From Chrysomallon squamiferum (taxonomy: Eukaryota > Animalia > Mollusca): a DNA stretch of 64,000 nucleotides. Position 1 is the first letter of the stretch, and the number at the start of each line of letters is the position of its first letter. A program made the position numbers and the translations under genes. Below the pieces are notes generated by a model. It worked only from the letters and a program-made list of their open reading frames with translations, was not told the origin of the DNA and ran no database searches. This document shows, one piece after another, positions 12,661-27,962 of this stretch. The DNA lies in assembly GCA_012295275.1 (NCBI GenBank), contig CM022668.1, positions 1,426,001-1,490,000 of the forward strand. The letters run 5' to 3'.

Positions 12661-15117
12661 CTGACGACCTTTTAGTTTACACGGCTACTGTTAGCACGTT
12701 TTACCCAAAATGTTTATTTATTTATATTCTTTTTACTCCTAGTGCTGACATATTAGAAATAAATAAATATAGCTATATAGATATATAGATAAATAGATAA
12801 ATAAATAAAAGTTATAAAATACAAAATATACTTATAACAGTAAACACCGGCTATGATCTTCTCACAACCAGTAAAGTTCTGGTTATGTTAGATCATGCTT
12901 TACTCTCATGCTACAGATTATTTCATAATAAAGCAAATATAATTTGGCTTTTATTTGCACAATGATGTGATTTGTCGTGAGAGATGCATGATTCATTTCT
13001 TTAATAATATCTGCTTCATGGTGGATTTCATTTTATCCCAGGAGGACGTCGTTGCGGAGGCGATGATATACGCAGCTGTTGTCTTGCGATTGATGATGTA
13101 CGTGTAGAAAGGTGTTTTTTATATTTCTTTTTTTTTTTTTTTTTTTTTTTAAATATTCGACGTTTATATTTTACGATATAAGATTTAGATATTTATTCAT
13201 TGAATAATATATGAATTTGCCTAGCATGTTGCAGTTGTTTGAAAATCAGTGTTATAACGAATCTGTCAAGTTCTTATTTTTAAAAATAAGTTCTGTTTTT
13301 ATAAACATACTTTAAATGACAAATAGTTCACAGTTCTTCTTTCAACGATTATTTGTGTGTATCATTGTGTCTGTATATGTCTGTGTTTCTGTCTATCTGT
13401 CTGCCTATCTTTCCATCTATATAAATGTCACAGATCAGTATAAAATGCCAGGCTCAGTGTTTCTGGCACTACTGTGTTTATTAGTTTCGGTTGGACGTAA
13501 CATATCACTGTGTACCAGTCTTTTCATGTATTTCACGGACTGTTGATATCTGTTTTACAATTACCTTTTTTTCTTTTCTTTCCCCCCCCCAATATTTGAG
13601 GATTTTCTGTTAATGTGTCTATAAATAGTCATTTTACATCACTCATGCGCGAGTGTGTCTGTGTGTGTGTTTGTATGTATGTGTGTGTGTGTGTGTATAT
13701 ATATGTGTGTGTGTGTGTGTTTGAGGGTGAGAGTGATAAAGACAGAGATAAGTAGATAGACAAACAGACAGAGATATATTGATTGACTGATTGATTGACT
13801 GATAGACAGACAAATAGATATACAGAGAAACATGAATAAACTATTAAAGACAAAAAATCTAATTATCTCCGTCATTCTGCTGTTGCTGCTGCTATTACTA
13901 CTACTACTATTATTACTACTAGTGTTATTATTATTATCATTATTATTATTAAATAAAAGTATCTTTTAAGCCTCGTTGATGCTATACAGTTTAAACAATT
14001 CTTGTTCGAATGTTGCGAATATTGTTCACTCTGTGTGTGTATGAGTGTTTTGCAATAACGTTCATTAGAAAGTTAAAAAAGAACAAATTTGTTAGGGTTT
14101 TCTAAACTGAGCAGCATCTCAGGTCACAGCTCCAAGTATTGCTATATTTCAGAATTTGAACTAAACAGATATTTAAACGGGTGGGGGGGGGGTTGTATAG
14201 CATTCCCTCTTAATGTCAACCTGAACACAACAACGAAAATGCCGACTACGTCAGTAAGCTGTGAGATTTAATAATTACAGGTTTTAGCCTGAAGCTTTTC
14301 CATCCAGTTTCAACCTAAACTTGTATCGTGTGATCGATTTTAGCACAACGACGTTAAGAGACCACTTTAGAAAGTGATAAACAGTCTTTATTACAACATT
14401 CACCTCGTTAATGACGTGCAGAGACCTTCGAGGTGATAAGTAAACGTAATTCCTTTCATTTAACCTTTTTTCGTGTTGTTTTTTCTTTTTTTCAATCCCC
14501 TAAGCAGCAGGAAAGGTGATTAGTGACATTAAATAAAATGTCATTTCAAATTCGTCGTATGTTGTTGATACTTGTGCCTTAATTAGATGTTGCTGACAAC
14601 ACTTTAAATGCAGTGAAATTTTTACATATTATATGAGCAAAATATTTAAAAAAAATAAAATTAAAATAAAACTCTTTTATTTCTGTATTGGCTTCACTTG
14701 TAGAGGTGTAAAGGAGTAGTAATTTATTTCTCTGTATTGTTGTTAGCGACGAATGTTAACAACATTTAATCAGTCATTTTACTAACGTTATAGCTAATCA
14801 GAAATAACACATTTCTGCTCCAAAACATTACATATGAGAATAAATATATTCGCTAAATATTATATTATTTTATCATAACTAGCATATACATCTGACAATA
14901 TATGTGTTAAGAAATAAACTAAGTAAACTATATTTAATTTAATAGATGTATTTTGTTTAATTTTCCTCAATTAGGCAGCAGTTGTTATAATTAATGATTA
15001 TTTTATTATCAAATATTGTCTTTCTTTTAGCTTTTTGAGAACCAGAAGGTTTACCATTAGACAGTGATGGGGTGTTGTATAGTTCGGTCTTTTAAAATAT
15101 GCTTGTTTATTTATCTA

Positions 15118-15171
<54 letters not shown>

Positions 15172-15285
15172 TCAGAATGAAATGAATGAAACACCTGCAA
15201 TAGAATGAATAATTACAACACTGTGAAAATTGATCTCACTGAGTGAAAATTTCCAACGTAAACAAAAGCTAATTTTTATTTCAAA

Positions 15286-15690
15286 ATGTTGTGTTACTCG
15301 TCTCCCACCACGCTAGAAGTGGAGATGGCCAATGAAAAGAAAGTAAAACTGTCTGAGCGGATGTGGGCTTCAGACAGCTGCAGTCAGCCCCACAGAACCC
15401 TCGTCTCGCAACCAGACGGCAGAGCTCTTCGAGATCACGGACCCAATAAACCAAGAAATTACATCGGCTTGGCTGTCGTAGTGCTAGTTTGCTTTAACCC
15501 CCTGGTGGGGATTATTTCTGTGGTTTTCTCCGTTAAGTCGCATAAAGATTTCCTCGAAGGAAAGGTGTCGTCTGCACGAAGCAAAGGCCAGATTTCCTTT
15601 GTTGCCAGTGTTATTGGAATTCTCATTACGGCGTCTCTCGTGCTTGGCGTGATCTTTTGGCCTGTACTATTTTCTACACGACAGACTTGA
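15286..15690 (+). CDS. CD225/dispanin (PRRT1/IFITM-like) membrane protein, 134 aa, single coding exon
   Basis: KPRNYIGLAVVVLVCFNPLVGIISVVFSVKS...GKVSSARSKGQISFVASVIGILIT matches the CD225 pattern (PxxY, hydrophobic segment, GIxAxxFSxKS, second TM). Confidence 0.85.
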   Translation: MLCYSSPTTLEVEMANEKKVKLSERMWASDSCSQPHRTLVSQPDGRALRDHGPNKPRNYIGLAVVVLVCFNPLVGIISVVFSVKSHKDFLEGKVSSARSKGQISFVASVIGILITASLVLGVIFWPVLFSTRQT

Positions 15691-17348
15691 AAGGAATTAT
15701 TCTGCTTATTACAAGGACTTTTTTTTTTTTGTCTTTTTTTGTTTTGTTTTTGTTTTGTTTGTTTTAAAGAAAATTATTTTTAAAATCGGAAAGAGAAGGG
15801 GAAAATTTAAAAGAATTCATGACACATTTCAACTGGAAACATTCATATATATTTTTGGAATTAGCCTCTCATTACTTTTTTAAACATTGCCCGAGACGTT
15901 GATGTTGTAATGTGTTCCTATAAGAAAAACTGTACAAAAATATTCATGATCTCATTTATGGCGAGCTCGCCAAGGATCCATCTCAAAATGGGCGAAATAG
16001 CCATATATTTTAAATGTTGTTTAAAATGATAATGTCATTAAAACACTTTAATGTATAAACTATCATTGTTTTTGTTGTTTTTAAATCAATAATGATAATG
16101 ACAAAAACAACAACAACAAAAAAAAAATAAAAAAAAAATAAATAAATAAAAATAAAAACGCAGTTAAAAAAGAAAGGAAATGGAAAAAAAAAAAAAAAAC
16201 ACAGAACAACACTTATAAGAAAAGAAGACAATTAATATTTTTACATTTTCGTCTTTTAGTCATTATAGTCACTGAGTAATTGCTAGTGATCAAATGTAAA
16301 ATTATCTATTTCCGTACACATACACAATGCAACATTTAGTCTTGACGACTTTTTATCGTAATCACGGTTTCAAAGACCAGCACTCTGAAGCGGTTTAAAT
16401 GATTTTCACTAACAGTATAAAAGATTATTTTGAAATAAGTTTTAATAAAGAAAACAGATATTTGATCTGGTAGAACTGGTGGCGAGACAGCTCAATGACT
16501 AGACGGCGAAAAGAAAAAAGATTTAATTATTTTTATTAACTTAAACAAATATATAAAATTCCTCTCTTTTGTGAAAACAATGATAATAGGTTTATACATA
16601 ACTATAATTTTAAACAGCATCTAGTTTATATTTCAAAAGACACCATTTTGATTATTTCGAAAGAAGCATTGTCTTTAATATTCAAAAATATTTTTTAGAA
16701 ACTCATTATATCGGCGAATTATTTTATTGAACATTGAACACGTACATGTTACTGTTGAATTTAGTCTTGGTGTGTTTAGTAATGAACATCGTTTGTTTTG
16801 TTTCACTTAACAATGAATACCTAATTATGTATTGTTTGTCATTCAGTAGATTCTGCTGCTTTGGCGTGCGATCTACGACTTAAGGGGTTGCGGAAAGGAT
16901 AATTATATTTCTTTAACAGGAAATGTCAGTTTATAAGACATTACATCCAAATTTGAATAATTTATATTCGCTTGTACATGTAAATTATAAATATATAATA
17001 AAAAAAACAAAAACAAGAATAAACAAGATAATAATTAAAATAAGCGCATAGATTACACACTAAAGTAGAATTTGCTCGGTGTAGATCACTAGATTGCGTA
17101 TATCACATGCCCAAGTAGCACCAATTTTTAAATATATTTTATTTATTTATTATTAATTTTTTCTATTGTGTAAATATCTAACTGAACTTAATATTTCCAT
17201 TCTTTGTCCTCATTTATTGGTTATTGTTCATCACACCGTACATTAAATATCTTGTCTCTGTACTTTGTTTCATAAAAACATCATACCATAACAATATATA
17301 TATATATATAACTTAGTTATTTTCTACTGAAGACAGAGACAATAATAT

Positions 17349-17387
<39 letters not shown>

Positions 17388-17936
17388 TATCTTTTATCTT
17401 TTACGTAGAAAATAAGTTGGACAACTTCGTATAAGTAACAGAATATCAAAGGAGACAATAACATTTTAGAATCATACATTTATATAGTAAACCCTTTAAT
17501 TTAAATCTCATATCGCACTACAGTGTGTTTAATATGTGCTATAACAACAACAGGAACAATAATAATAATAGTTTTAACTGTTTGTACACTGTTTTTTATT
17601 GTAGAAATATTTTAAAAATAAACAAATATACAAAGAGTATTAAGTTATCATTTCTGTGTATGAGTGTAAGTGTATATGTATGCGTGTGTGTGTGTGTATA
17701 TGTCTGTATATGTATATATGTATATATATATATACACACACAAACACAATAAAAAAAAAAAAAAACCCCCACGAAAATAAAACCAAAAAAAAACTTTTAT
17801 TAAACAAATTTTCAAAAGACCTTACATTTAAACAGTTCATCTTAAACAAATTTTTATTCGAAGACATTTTTCATACTATGACAGCTCATCTTTTTGAACC
17901 AGACCAATGGATGTTTTAGGTTTTAGTTTTGCTTTA

Positions 17937-17989
<53 letters not shown>

Positions 17990-19101
17990 GTTATTTTATT
18001 AAAAAATGTTATATTTAGTAAAAATTGTGACTTTCGATTGATAATTAGGACTTATCACTTTGACATCAGCTGTGGTGACTGACAATGCACAGTAAGTACA
18101 CAAATGTGTTGAAAGTTTAATTGATCATTTCAAGAATATATATATATATATATTTATTTATTTCCAGAATTGATGGGGAAAAAAAGTAATTTTTTTGATC
18201 AAACACTAGGACCTGCCACGAAAGACGCGAAAGTAGTCACCAACCGAATTGTTTTAAAACCAACAAGATGGGTTCCAAACACGCAGTGGTGCACACTGAA
18301 CAGAAACAATCGAATTATTTAGTCTACATTTAATTAAGTTTCCCAACGTTTTTTAAGACGAGGGTGGAACTTGCACGGTCGCTGTAAAAACAGTTTTGTT
18401 GTTGATGTTTAATTCTGTTAACACCGCTGTATTTCTTGCATCTTCTGACCAACTATATATAAACCAACGACATATAATGGGAACAAAAACATCTTGAAAA
18501 GTTATAAAATATTCATTAAGTAAATTATTTTTTTGATTTTTTTTTTTTTTTTACATTTCAGACTGTTTATAACAACGATAATTTCTTCCTCAGTGAATGG
18601 ACTCTCTAACTGAGGAGCAACACAGTGTGAATAGCACGTCAGAAGAGAGTCATCAATGTAACCACATTAAATGTTTTGTAAAGTCATCAGCAGTTAATTC
18701 AGTTACTGGAAGATGTTAGCCTGTTTTGAATAGAGTTACTTTTTCTTAAACAGTCAATTCTGTCACCTTCTAGTCTCAGATATTTTCTTTTTACACAGCA
18801 TTCTAGTTCTTATATTGGTGCATAGACGCTGAATAGACCTTCTAACCGTTCTCCTTCGGCTATCCGGCAACTTTCTTTTTTTCTTTTTTTTTAAATCCCA
18901 AGAAACTGAATAATTTGAGTTCAACTGTCCATTCAGTTGTATTATTATTTCCTAACCAAGAAAGAAGCATGTCACCGTTTGCTCTTTCTTTGGACCTTGG
19001 CTCTGAAAATGCGTGGCCCATATTACATCCAGTTCAGTGATTACACGTGTTTTCTGGACTGTTAAAAAATTATACTCATTTGGGCAAAACCCCTGGAGCC
19101 A

Positions 19102-19193
<92 letters not shown>

Positions 19194-19643
19194 TGGGTGA
19201 GAATAAGGACTGACTGCATTCTCGAAAACAACTAAAATTTGCCAGTACTTTCTTGAAAGTGGTAGGTTCCTTGTTTCAAATGCATATTATAATTAAGTCA
19301 TGGCGGTATTATTTATAAACACTAAAAATGTATAAAATCAATAACTGGAGGTTATTTACAATAAACAGTGCTGTGTGGTGGGATTTTGTCCTCACACGAC
19401 TATCATCACAGTGTATCTTCCGAACGATAAATATTTATTTACGCAAATTGAATTGTATACGTAATTGACTAATTCGTGTTGATAATGAGATATTTTGCTT
19501 CATCACCGAAATTATGATGTTCGAAACTATCCATGTCAGTTTTTTTCTGAATTATCAACTATCGCTATCGTATCTACAGACTCAGTTCGACTGTACATGT
19601 TACATAGTTAGTAAAATAAAACAGGATTCGGCAATTTCCGCTG

Positions 19644-19652
19644 CACTTCCGG
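19644..19652 (+). promoter_or_regulatory. ETS/GABP-type motif CACTTCCGG at the probable SPFH-gene promoter
   Basis: The motif precedes a donor ag|gtattg at 19738/19739 and an acceptor atttcag| at 20164, just before the ATG at 20174. Confidence 0.45.
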
Positions 19653-19933
19653 AGACATGCTTCCTGTTTGGGTATTTTGTTATTGGGAAATAAGGAGATC
19701 CTGATAGATTTAAGGATTAACAATATGGTCTGAAATAGGTATTGTGCAACACACACATTTACACAGTTAAATTATAATTACATGTATTTAGGTAAAGCTT
19801 GTTTTACTAAAATACTGTCAGTCCTATAATTTTGGTAATTTCTACTGAATTTATTATATCTGTCACCTTGGCTTGGTAAATTATTTTAAATATATTGTGA
19901 GTATATTCCCTAACCTGGAGTTGTTTTCGATAG

Positions 19934-19994
<61 letters not shown>

Positions 19995-20173
19995 AGAAGA
20001 AGAATGGGATTTAATAAAATAATTAGCAAAATAAAAGCTTTGCTATGAATATTTTGTCGTTTACATGTAATGATGTATGATACAATTTTATATGTCTGTT
20101 CGCTGTAAAACTTAGAATAAATTGGACATTAAAATAGTAAGTTCCATTTTTATAATTATTTCAGGTCTATAAA

Positions 20174-21362
20174 ATGGGACAAAGTGGTAAAATATGCATA
20201 GGAATACTGATAGGTATTGGTATAGTAGCCATCCTTATAATTTCGTTGGTGGCTACATCTTTGAAGAAACTGGCTACAAATGAAGGTATGTTTTCACCTG
20301 TACTACTTATAATAACACACACACTCACACTCACACACACACACACACACACACACACATGCACACAATTTATTGGTTAAGGCTGTTTATATTTTATTAC
20401 ATGTATTTTATTACATAATATATGTATTTTTAAATATTATTTATATACAAATCAGTAACAAGAAAATCTCGATAGCTGATGTATATATTTCTATATTTAC
20501 AAATATATATTAACTGATTTTGTGTAATTTAACTGTAAGTTTATAATAACTGAAAAAGAAAGTTTTTGTCAGGAGTTAAAGAAGAATTTGCAAACAGTTA
20601 TTACAAGATACAAGTGAGGAAAGGTTTACAACAAACTGAGTTTATTATTAGACATCTCTGTGATATTTTAGTTGGGTTGCAGTATGATCAGTTTCAGAAG
20701 AAACTCTCGGATTCTGTGAAAATGGAGGGTCTGCACACTGGTCCACCAGGATTTGAGTTTATCATATTTCCAAACACATACACAACTCTTGAATTTCGCA
20801 ACCTAGCAGTAAATAAATTAAATTATTATTAGTTATTTTTAACTTACTTTTATTTATTTATTTATTTATTTACAAGCAATTTCTGTAATATAATTTACAG
20901 TTCTTTGAATTAAATAAATTTCTTTTTCTGCTTACTCCTTCATTAACTTGACATTTATAACTTGTTTTTTTAACTGACTTTATAATTACTGCATTGTTGT
21001 ATAGTTGTATATTTCATTTATTTATTTTTATATTGTATTCATTTTATAAGTTTGAATGTGTCAGTTTTAATGACACTAGAAGGAGCTAGTTTGTACACTT
21101 AGTGACTGAGTTGTATTTGTTTTGTAACTAAATTTGTTTCAGTGTCTCAACAAAGATGGAGTAGTGATACAGTTAAATGTTGCCTATCAGTACAAAGCCC
21201 GAGTGTCAAAAATACGGGATATCATTCTGGCTTTCAAAGACTTCAAAGGTTATCAGACGATCCTCAAACATACAGGTAGACTTTCATACATTTCTTTATT
21301 TCAGTTACATTTACACATTCTGTTAGAATGATAGAATAACAGAATAATAAGTCTGGTTATAT

Positions 21363-21413
<51 letters not shown>

Positions 21414-23819
21414 ATTAATTATTTCATGAACAAGAGCCTTGATTATTATAATTATATCTGCATGTTTATACAGCTGTATTCTGTGAGTTGAAAAGATCAG
21501 TGTTCTGTACAGAAAGTTCTTTAGTTTTCAGTTATTTGTCCAGTACTGGCTTTTAACCCTTGTATATATTTCCCATGTTTGTATATATTTTGATTACAAG
21601 GGAATACAAAACACTGCATTTCATAGAATATCTAGGTGTGTTCTTGTCAGAATAAACATGTAAATTGTTATTAGAATATTGGAATAACCAGATGTTATTT
21701 TATATATAACTACATTAATAAAAAGAACATATCTGCATTTTTAAGGATCTGCTGCCCTCCATGAAGCATGTAGTAAGTTCAATACTTCACAAGTCCAGGC
21801 AGAGAGAGGAGCCTTCCAAGAGGAGATTCGACGAAAACTGCGAGACAGATACGAGAAACTACATTGTGATATAACAGACTTGCAGGTAATAGTGTGTTGT
21901 AATTAACATTGATGTCAAGGTAATAATTAATATTACCATATCATAGGTATTAGTAACGTTGATATCAAAGGTAATAATTCATAATGTAATATCACAGATA
22001 ATAGTGTTTTGCAGTTAATATTATGATATAACAAGTAACAGTAATAGTAATGGTATAATTAATAATGAAATATCACAGAGTTTCAGATAATTAACATTGC
22101 TATATCACAAAATTACTGGCAGTTGTAATTTAACAGTTAACAAATAAATTTTAAAATGTGCATATTTATATAAAAAACACAAAAATCCCTAACAAAACAA
22201 ATAAGAATTTAAACGTATTATTAGAAATTTAACGTTATGAAAATGATCTGCAGGTGAATAACATTGCCAGACCGTCAGAATATGAATCAGCCATTAGAAG
22301 TAAGGAGAGAGCAAGAGAAGATATTGAGGTAACAGATTTTTGATTGATTTGCTCACACATACACAGTTTATGTTTATTGTAATATTCTGTACAACATTTT
22401 CACAGACAACAACTATCCCACAAGAAACTAGTTGCATAATGTGAGCAAACAGTTTTTTCAGCTGTAGCAACCAGCATTTTACAGATATATAGAAATTTTA
22501 TGCCTAATTTTTTTCACATTGTCCTGTCTTTATTTAGAAAATGAACATAAGATTTAAAATCTAAGGTGAATATTGAGTTTATGTTGTAATTTTACTTAAA
22601 CAAAGTCTTCTTTATAATTACGAATGAAGTATTTAAATAAAATGTTTCATTAATGTTACTAAGGGGAATTTATTATTCCATTAATTAGTCATGTTTTAAT
22701 TATGTTTTCATAACTTCTTTTGTTGTTGGATTAACATATAATAAATATATTGTATATTAATTTACAGGTTGCCAAACAGGAGCGTCCGAGGAAACTGACA
22801 GAAGCTAAAACAGAGAAGCTGAAGGCAGAAACTCAGGCTACTATCATCCTGGACAACGCAGAGTCAGAAGCAAGAATCAGACAACTCAAGTAAGTTTCAA
22901 ATTGAGATACAAATGTAGTTTCATATTTCACTTTCACAGAAATAGATGTTAAGCAATGTCAGAAGTACAATTAAATAATAAAAATGATTGTCCATTGCTC
23001 CTAATAAAAGGTTAGGTATATAAAGGCTAAAACAATAAAAAAAAGTAAAAATTCACATTTCTGTTGAATATTTGCTTTATTTTTTTCAGATTAAAAGCAA
23101 TATACAAATTGTGGATCACATTTTTAGTTTATTTATTAATTTATTGTCTTATCTCGACTTCAGTAGTTTTCCTGATGCATTAAACAACCAGTTACTGAAA
23201 GTTATGTTTACTTTAATAAAATGAGTATTGAATATTCATGTAATTAACATTACCTCAGCATATTTTCATATTATCAGTTTACTGATATCTATTTCTTAAG
23301 ACTGAGGTTAACACTATGTTATCCAAAATGGCTGAGCAGGATTTTTTTTGTAACTTAATTAAATTATTACAATGCAGCTGAATAGATTAATAATTTTATA
23401 TTTACTGTTACCATTTTGATGTACCTTATTATTTGCCATTGATAAAAGTTTAATTTATGTAAATATGTCTTTTATACCCTGAAATTACGTTATTAGTAAA
23501 TGTTAAAAAGTAATAACAATAAAGGCTCAAAAAACAGATTTCCTCAGTAATAAAACATATATAATGTGTATTTTGACATTGAAAGTCTGGAATATTTTAA
23601 TGTCTGAAATATTTCAGAGCCAAAGCCGAAGCTGAATCTATCATTGTCCAGTATCAGAAGGAGGGAGAGGCATATCAGTCTATTTTGAGCTCTGACGGTC
23701 TTGGTTTCAATGCAGATGGTTTCATCTCTTACCTTGGTGTGCGCGTGATCTCTTCGGCAAGGAATCCTGTGTTTATTGGTCTACAGAGTCCAGCCAAATC
23801 ATCTTACGTTAAACCATAA
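20174..23819 (+). CDS. SPFH/Band-7 (prohibitin-domain) membrane protein, 306 aa, 7 coding exons
   Basis: Exons 20174-20285, 20672-20808, 21143-21275, 21746-21885, 22254-22328, 22768-22889 and 23618-23819 total 921 nt in frame. The protein has an N-terminal TM helix, an SPFH core (EVGLQYD...EGLHTGPPG...NKDGVVIQLNVAYQY...ITDLQVNNIARP) and an Ala/Glu-rich coiled coil (AESEARIRQLKAKAEAE). Confidence 0.88.
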
Positions 23820-26800
23820 ACAAGTTTCTGGTCAAACACAACCAAATATATATGTGTGTATATAAATACAAGTATATATACTAAAGTTATTATTGGTTAT
23901 TCTCGATACCTTAACAGAAAAGTAAATATCAATATTGTTAAGATAAATGTTTTTTATAACAATATAAATTTAAAATCTTTTAAAAAGTTTGTGAAGGTTT
24001 AATGCAAATGAAATGCTTTCTTTGAGATTTATAGAAAAAAACTGAATATTTCAGATAATTCATTTTGATTTTTTTCCTTCTACATCTGTCTGCAAAATGT
24101 ACATCTGTAAAGTTGTGTATGTCATTGTTTTTATTATATTGTCTTAGTATCTTTAATGTTATTAAGTAATAAAAATAAAATCTATCAACAAAAAGTCAGA
24201 AATGATGTACAATTTAAATGTTTAAAATATTTTAACTGATACAGAATTAATTTAAAAAATAAATGTTTCTGACATAACAAGTGTGTGTGTGTGTATGAAG
24301 TGTAATGTCTTTTTTGTATTTTTATATTTATCTTTGTGTAGAATGGTGTGAGAGGAAAGGAAACAAAAGTAGATAACAGTTTTTCTAATATTGAAATTCT
24401 TGGTGATAAATTCAGATGTTTTTTTTTTTTTTTTTTTTTTAAACTACATTTGCCTTCGACAGGAGGTACTGCATGTGTTTCCAAATCCAGTATTACAACA
24501 GTATAGTGCAGTAAATTTTGTTTCTTTAATATTTTGTGTTCATTTTTTATCTTTTTGACAGAAAAAAGTTTTGTTTATGTATTTAGAAATTAAATTACTT
24601 CTTGAGGCAAAGTGCAGTAATTTTAGGTACTTAATGTACTAGTCAGTTACAGCATAAAGATTAAGGGCAGAGAAATAAGTTAACAAAACTTTAGAATACA
24701 TATTTTACCATGTTATAGTGTGATTAAAAACAAACGTTTAGTTTCATAACAATTAAGATAAAATAATGGCCTGGATTTGGCATTTTTACATACATATTAA
24801 ACCATACATGTGTATATATATTTCTTCAAAATTTTAGTTTATATTTATATTGATATACTACTTACCAATATGTATTATACTGAAATACTTTGCTAACATA
24901 TAATCTAGATAAAATTTGCTCAATTTATCTAGAAGTGAACATTATAAAAGAAATGGTTTTTTTAAATTTATACATTAGCATGACTATTCTTGTATAGCTT
25001 TTATGATACTTTTATATTCATTATCTTTTACCAAGTACATTAATGTTATTCCACTGTGAATCAATTTGAAAATGCAATAAAATGTACAAAAAAAAACCAG
25101 TTGTATTAGTGCCATCATAGGTTTTTTTGACCAGATCAGTCATTACTCAGGCCAGGAATGTTCTAATTATTTATAAGCTTTCAAGAATTCATTTTAACAG
25201 AAATAATGCAAATATTTTTCATTTGATAAATTTTCTTAATTTTAAATATATAAATCATTACTATTATTTCTTGCTGCCTACCATAATTCATGTTTATGCT
25301 TTTATTTTAAAACAAAACCTATTATTTCTCTGGCAATAGTTGTGAAAGTTATTAATAATTTACTTAAAAATAACCATTTTCATTCGCTGACACTAAAACC
25401 TGTACACATATACAGCAACATTTTTTAAAGTAACCGAGATGAAAGAATTTTACAGATTTTCCAATACTTCAAACTTTAAATTTTTTCTAAACCTAGCAAA
25501 GATTTATCCTTTCAAAAAAAGCAGCTATTTTTAAAAATGGGGTAATTGGTGCATTCTATTTATGGTAAAATACCTGTGGTGAAAAAATAAAATAAAGATC
25601 TAAATATATAGTTTTTATTTTTTGTAAGCAGTATTACATCATTAATAGTCTGGTTTTTCAAAACAGAACAATCGTATGGAAGTATTCATTTATTCACACC
25701 ACCACAGGTTCACTTTAAAGTATGAAATAATGCACACAAAGCAAAAGATAACAAAGACCAGGTTAAGTCTGAGACATGCATTACAATTTTTATATCATCT
25801 CAGCAAATTTGACATCACTGACAGAATGAACAACTGTTTTGTACAAAGCAGAGTTGGGTGAATATCACAGTGGGGACAGGGTATTTATCAAGATTAACAA
25901 AACAATAAAAAAAAAAAAAAAAATAATAATAATAATAATAATAATAATATTAATAAATCGTAATAATAAAAATATTAGCAAGCTATTCATATAAGCACTC
26001 TTTCTAAAATCTATACATTCACACGCACTCTCTCAGGGATGGTTTGTTTTCAAATTATATATAAATATATTATTAGTTTAAATCTTTTTCTTTCTTTTTT
26101 ATTACAGAAGGAAAAGTATTTGGTTTGATGAAAACATTCATATTGAAGCAAACTTAAATGTTCTTGTTATTTTAAATCAACAGAATGTTTAGTTAGCTGT
26201 ACAAAACAACCAGCAGAAAAACAAAATTGTAAACAAATGCAGTTGTCGAATTATGGTATGGGGAGATTTAACAAACATTTTTCTTCAACAGTAAAGATCC
26301 CAAAGAGGTAATTCAAATGTTTCACCCATTGTAAAATGTGTATTTTACACTGCTCACTTAACATTAACAAATCTTAAAGTGAACTGTTTTCAAAAATTGT
26401 TGTAACCCAACCCAGATATATTGCATGAGGAAACAAGCTGCACTATACATCTATATACAGCATTCAGAACTGTAGCTTATATTCATAATGGATTCTAGAA
26501 GACATATGGACACATTTTGATCACTTAAATGTATCATCTTAACTGATATCATTTTGTAACGCAACTGATGAACATTTTGAAATCATTCTGAATACAACTG
26601 AATTGGAATATTACTTATAATAAAATTAGAAACAATTTCTTTTTTTAATAAAATATATATCTATACACATTTTTAAATAAACAAGCTGATAAAATTATAA
26701 ATTGTACAAAATGGTTTTGTATTAACATATCCAAGTCTATTCCATAAATGACTCGATTCAAATTTAACATTTGGTTTATCATGGCGAAATGTATAGATAT

Positions 26801-27962
26801 TTTCACCCACAAATTTATACAAGCCAGCATGATAGATGAACCATACTTGTATAAATTAGTAAGCAGCTATAAAAAATAAACAGCTGTTTAGAGCACTTTA
26901 TAAAGTAACTTTTTCTTTCTTTTTAACTAAAAAAATTTACAACTTTTCTTGGGGATTAATGTACAGTTAAAAGAACAAGTTCAAATCATAAATTCAAACA
27001 TGCAATTTAAAACTAATGCTTTTATCATTAACAGGAAATGCTGCCAGTTCATATTATGCCAAATGCTTAATTAAAGGGAACAGTTTCTTTATGCTTGTAA
27101 ACACGAGGTTGGGTGGGATACAACATTTTTCAAAAAATTATAAAAACATGTTTTAAGAAGCTAAACAAGAATAGTTTGTATTAATGTCTCTACATTTTAA
27201 ATTGATTTGTAAAATTTTTGATTTTTAGACTGCATTGAATAAAATAATCTGTAAGGCTATCGGAAAAAAGTTGCATACTTTTTCAATTTCATCTTGAGCA
27301 AAACCTCATTCATTTATGTTAAATAACTGCATTTTTGTAAATATCCAGTGAAATACATAAAGTAAATACTAATCAACATTAGTATTAAATATTTTTTTCA
27401 TCTTACTTAGCAGATACAAATTTGCCATTATTGGTTATTAAAAAAAAAAAATCATTATTAAGACTATGAATTTCTAAAAACATGGTTTAATTTTACAAAG
27501 GGTAAAACAGTGAAATTTGGCATTCTGGGGAGGGAGCAAAAAAAGAAACTGTCCTGCTGAGCAAACTTATTTTCACAAAAGTTTCTAGAGTTCTGGAGAA
27601 CTCTTAGCTGCAGCTTAAGCAAATAGTTGGATCAGAAAATTATTTCAAAACCATTTTATTAGCTAAATGTCTTGCATATGAAGAACTGATCTTCATGTGA
27701 TTAACCATGGTGATTTCCATGGCAAAATAATCATGGGAAGTTGCCACTGCTGTGGCAGCCTCAATTTGCACACACCATCTCTCATTCTCGGCACAGAACC
27801 AATCGAACGGGCCGCTGCTGAGATGAAGTAACATTCACTCTCTGAGTCGCACTCTGGCATACGTCCAAGTCAGGTCGAAGGTCGCCGTCCAGGTCTCGGC
27901 TAACTGCAGTCGTGTGACATTTTTTTGTTTTTGTTTGGGCTGTTAGGCATTGGGTGGTATCA

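Noticed and set aside
15890-16720. Scattered ggcga-rich motifs suggesting a transposon remnant
   Set aside because: No boundaries, TIR or TSD could be identified.
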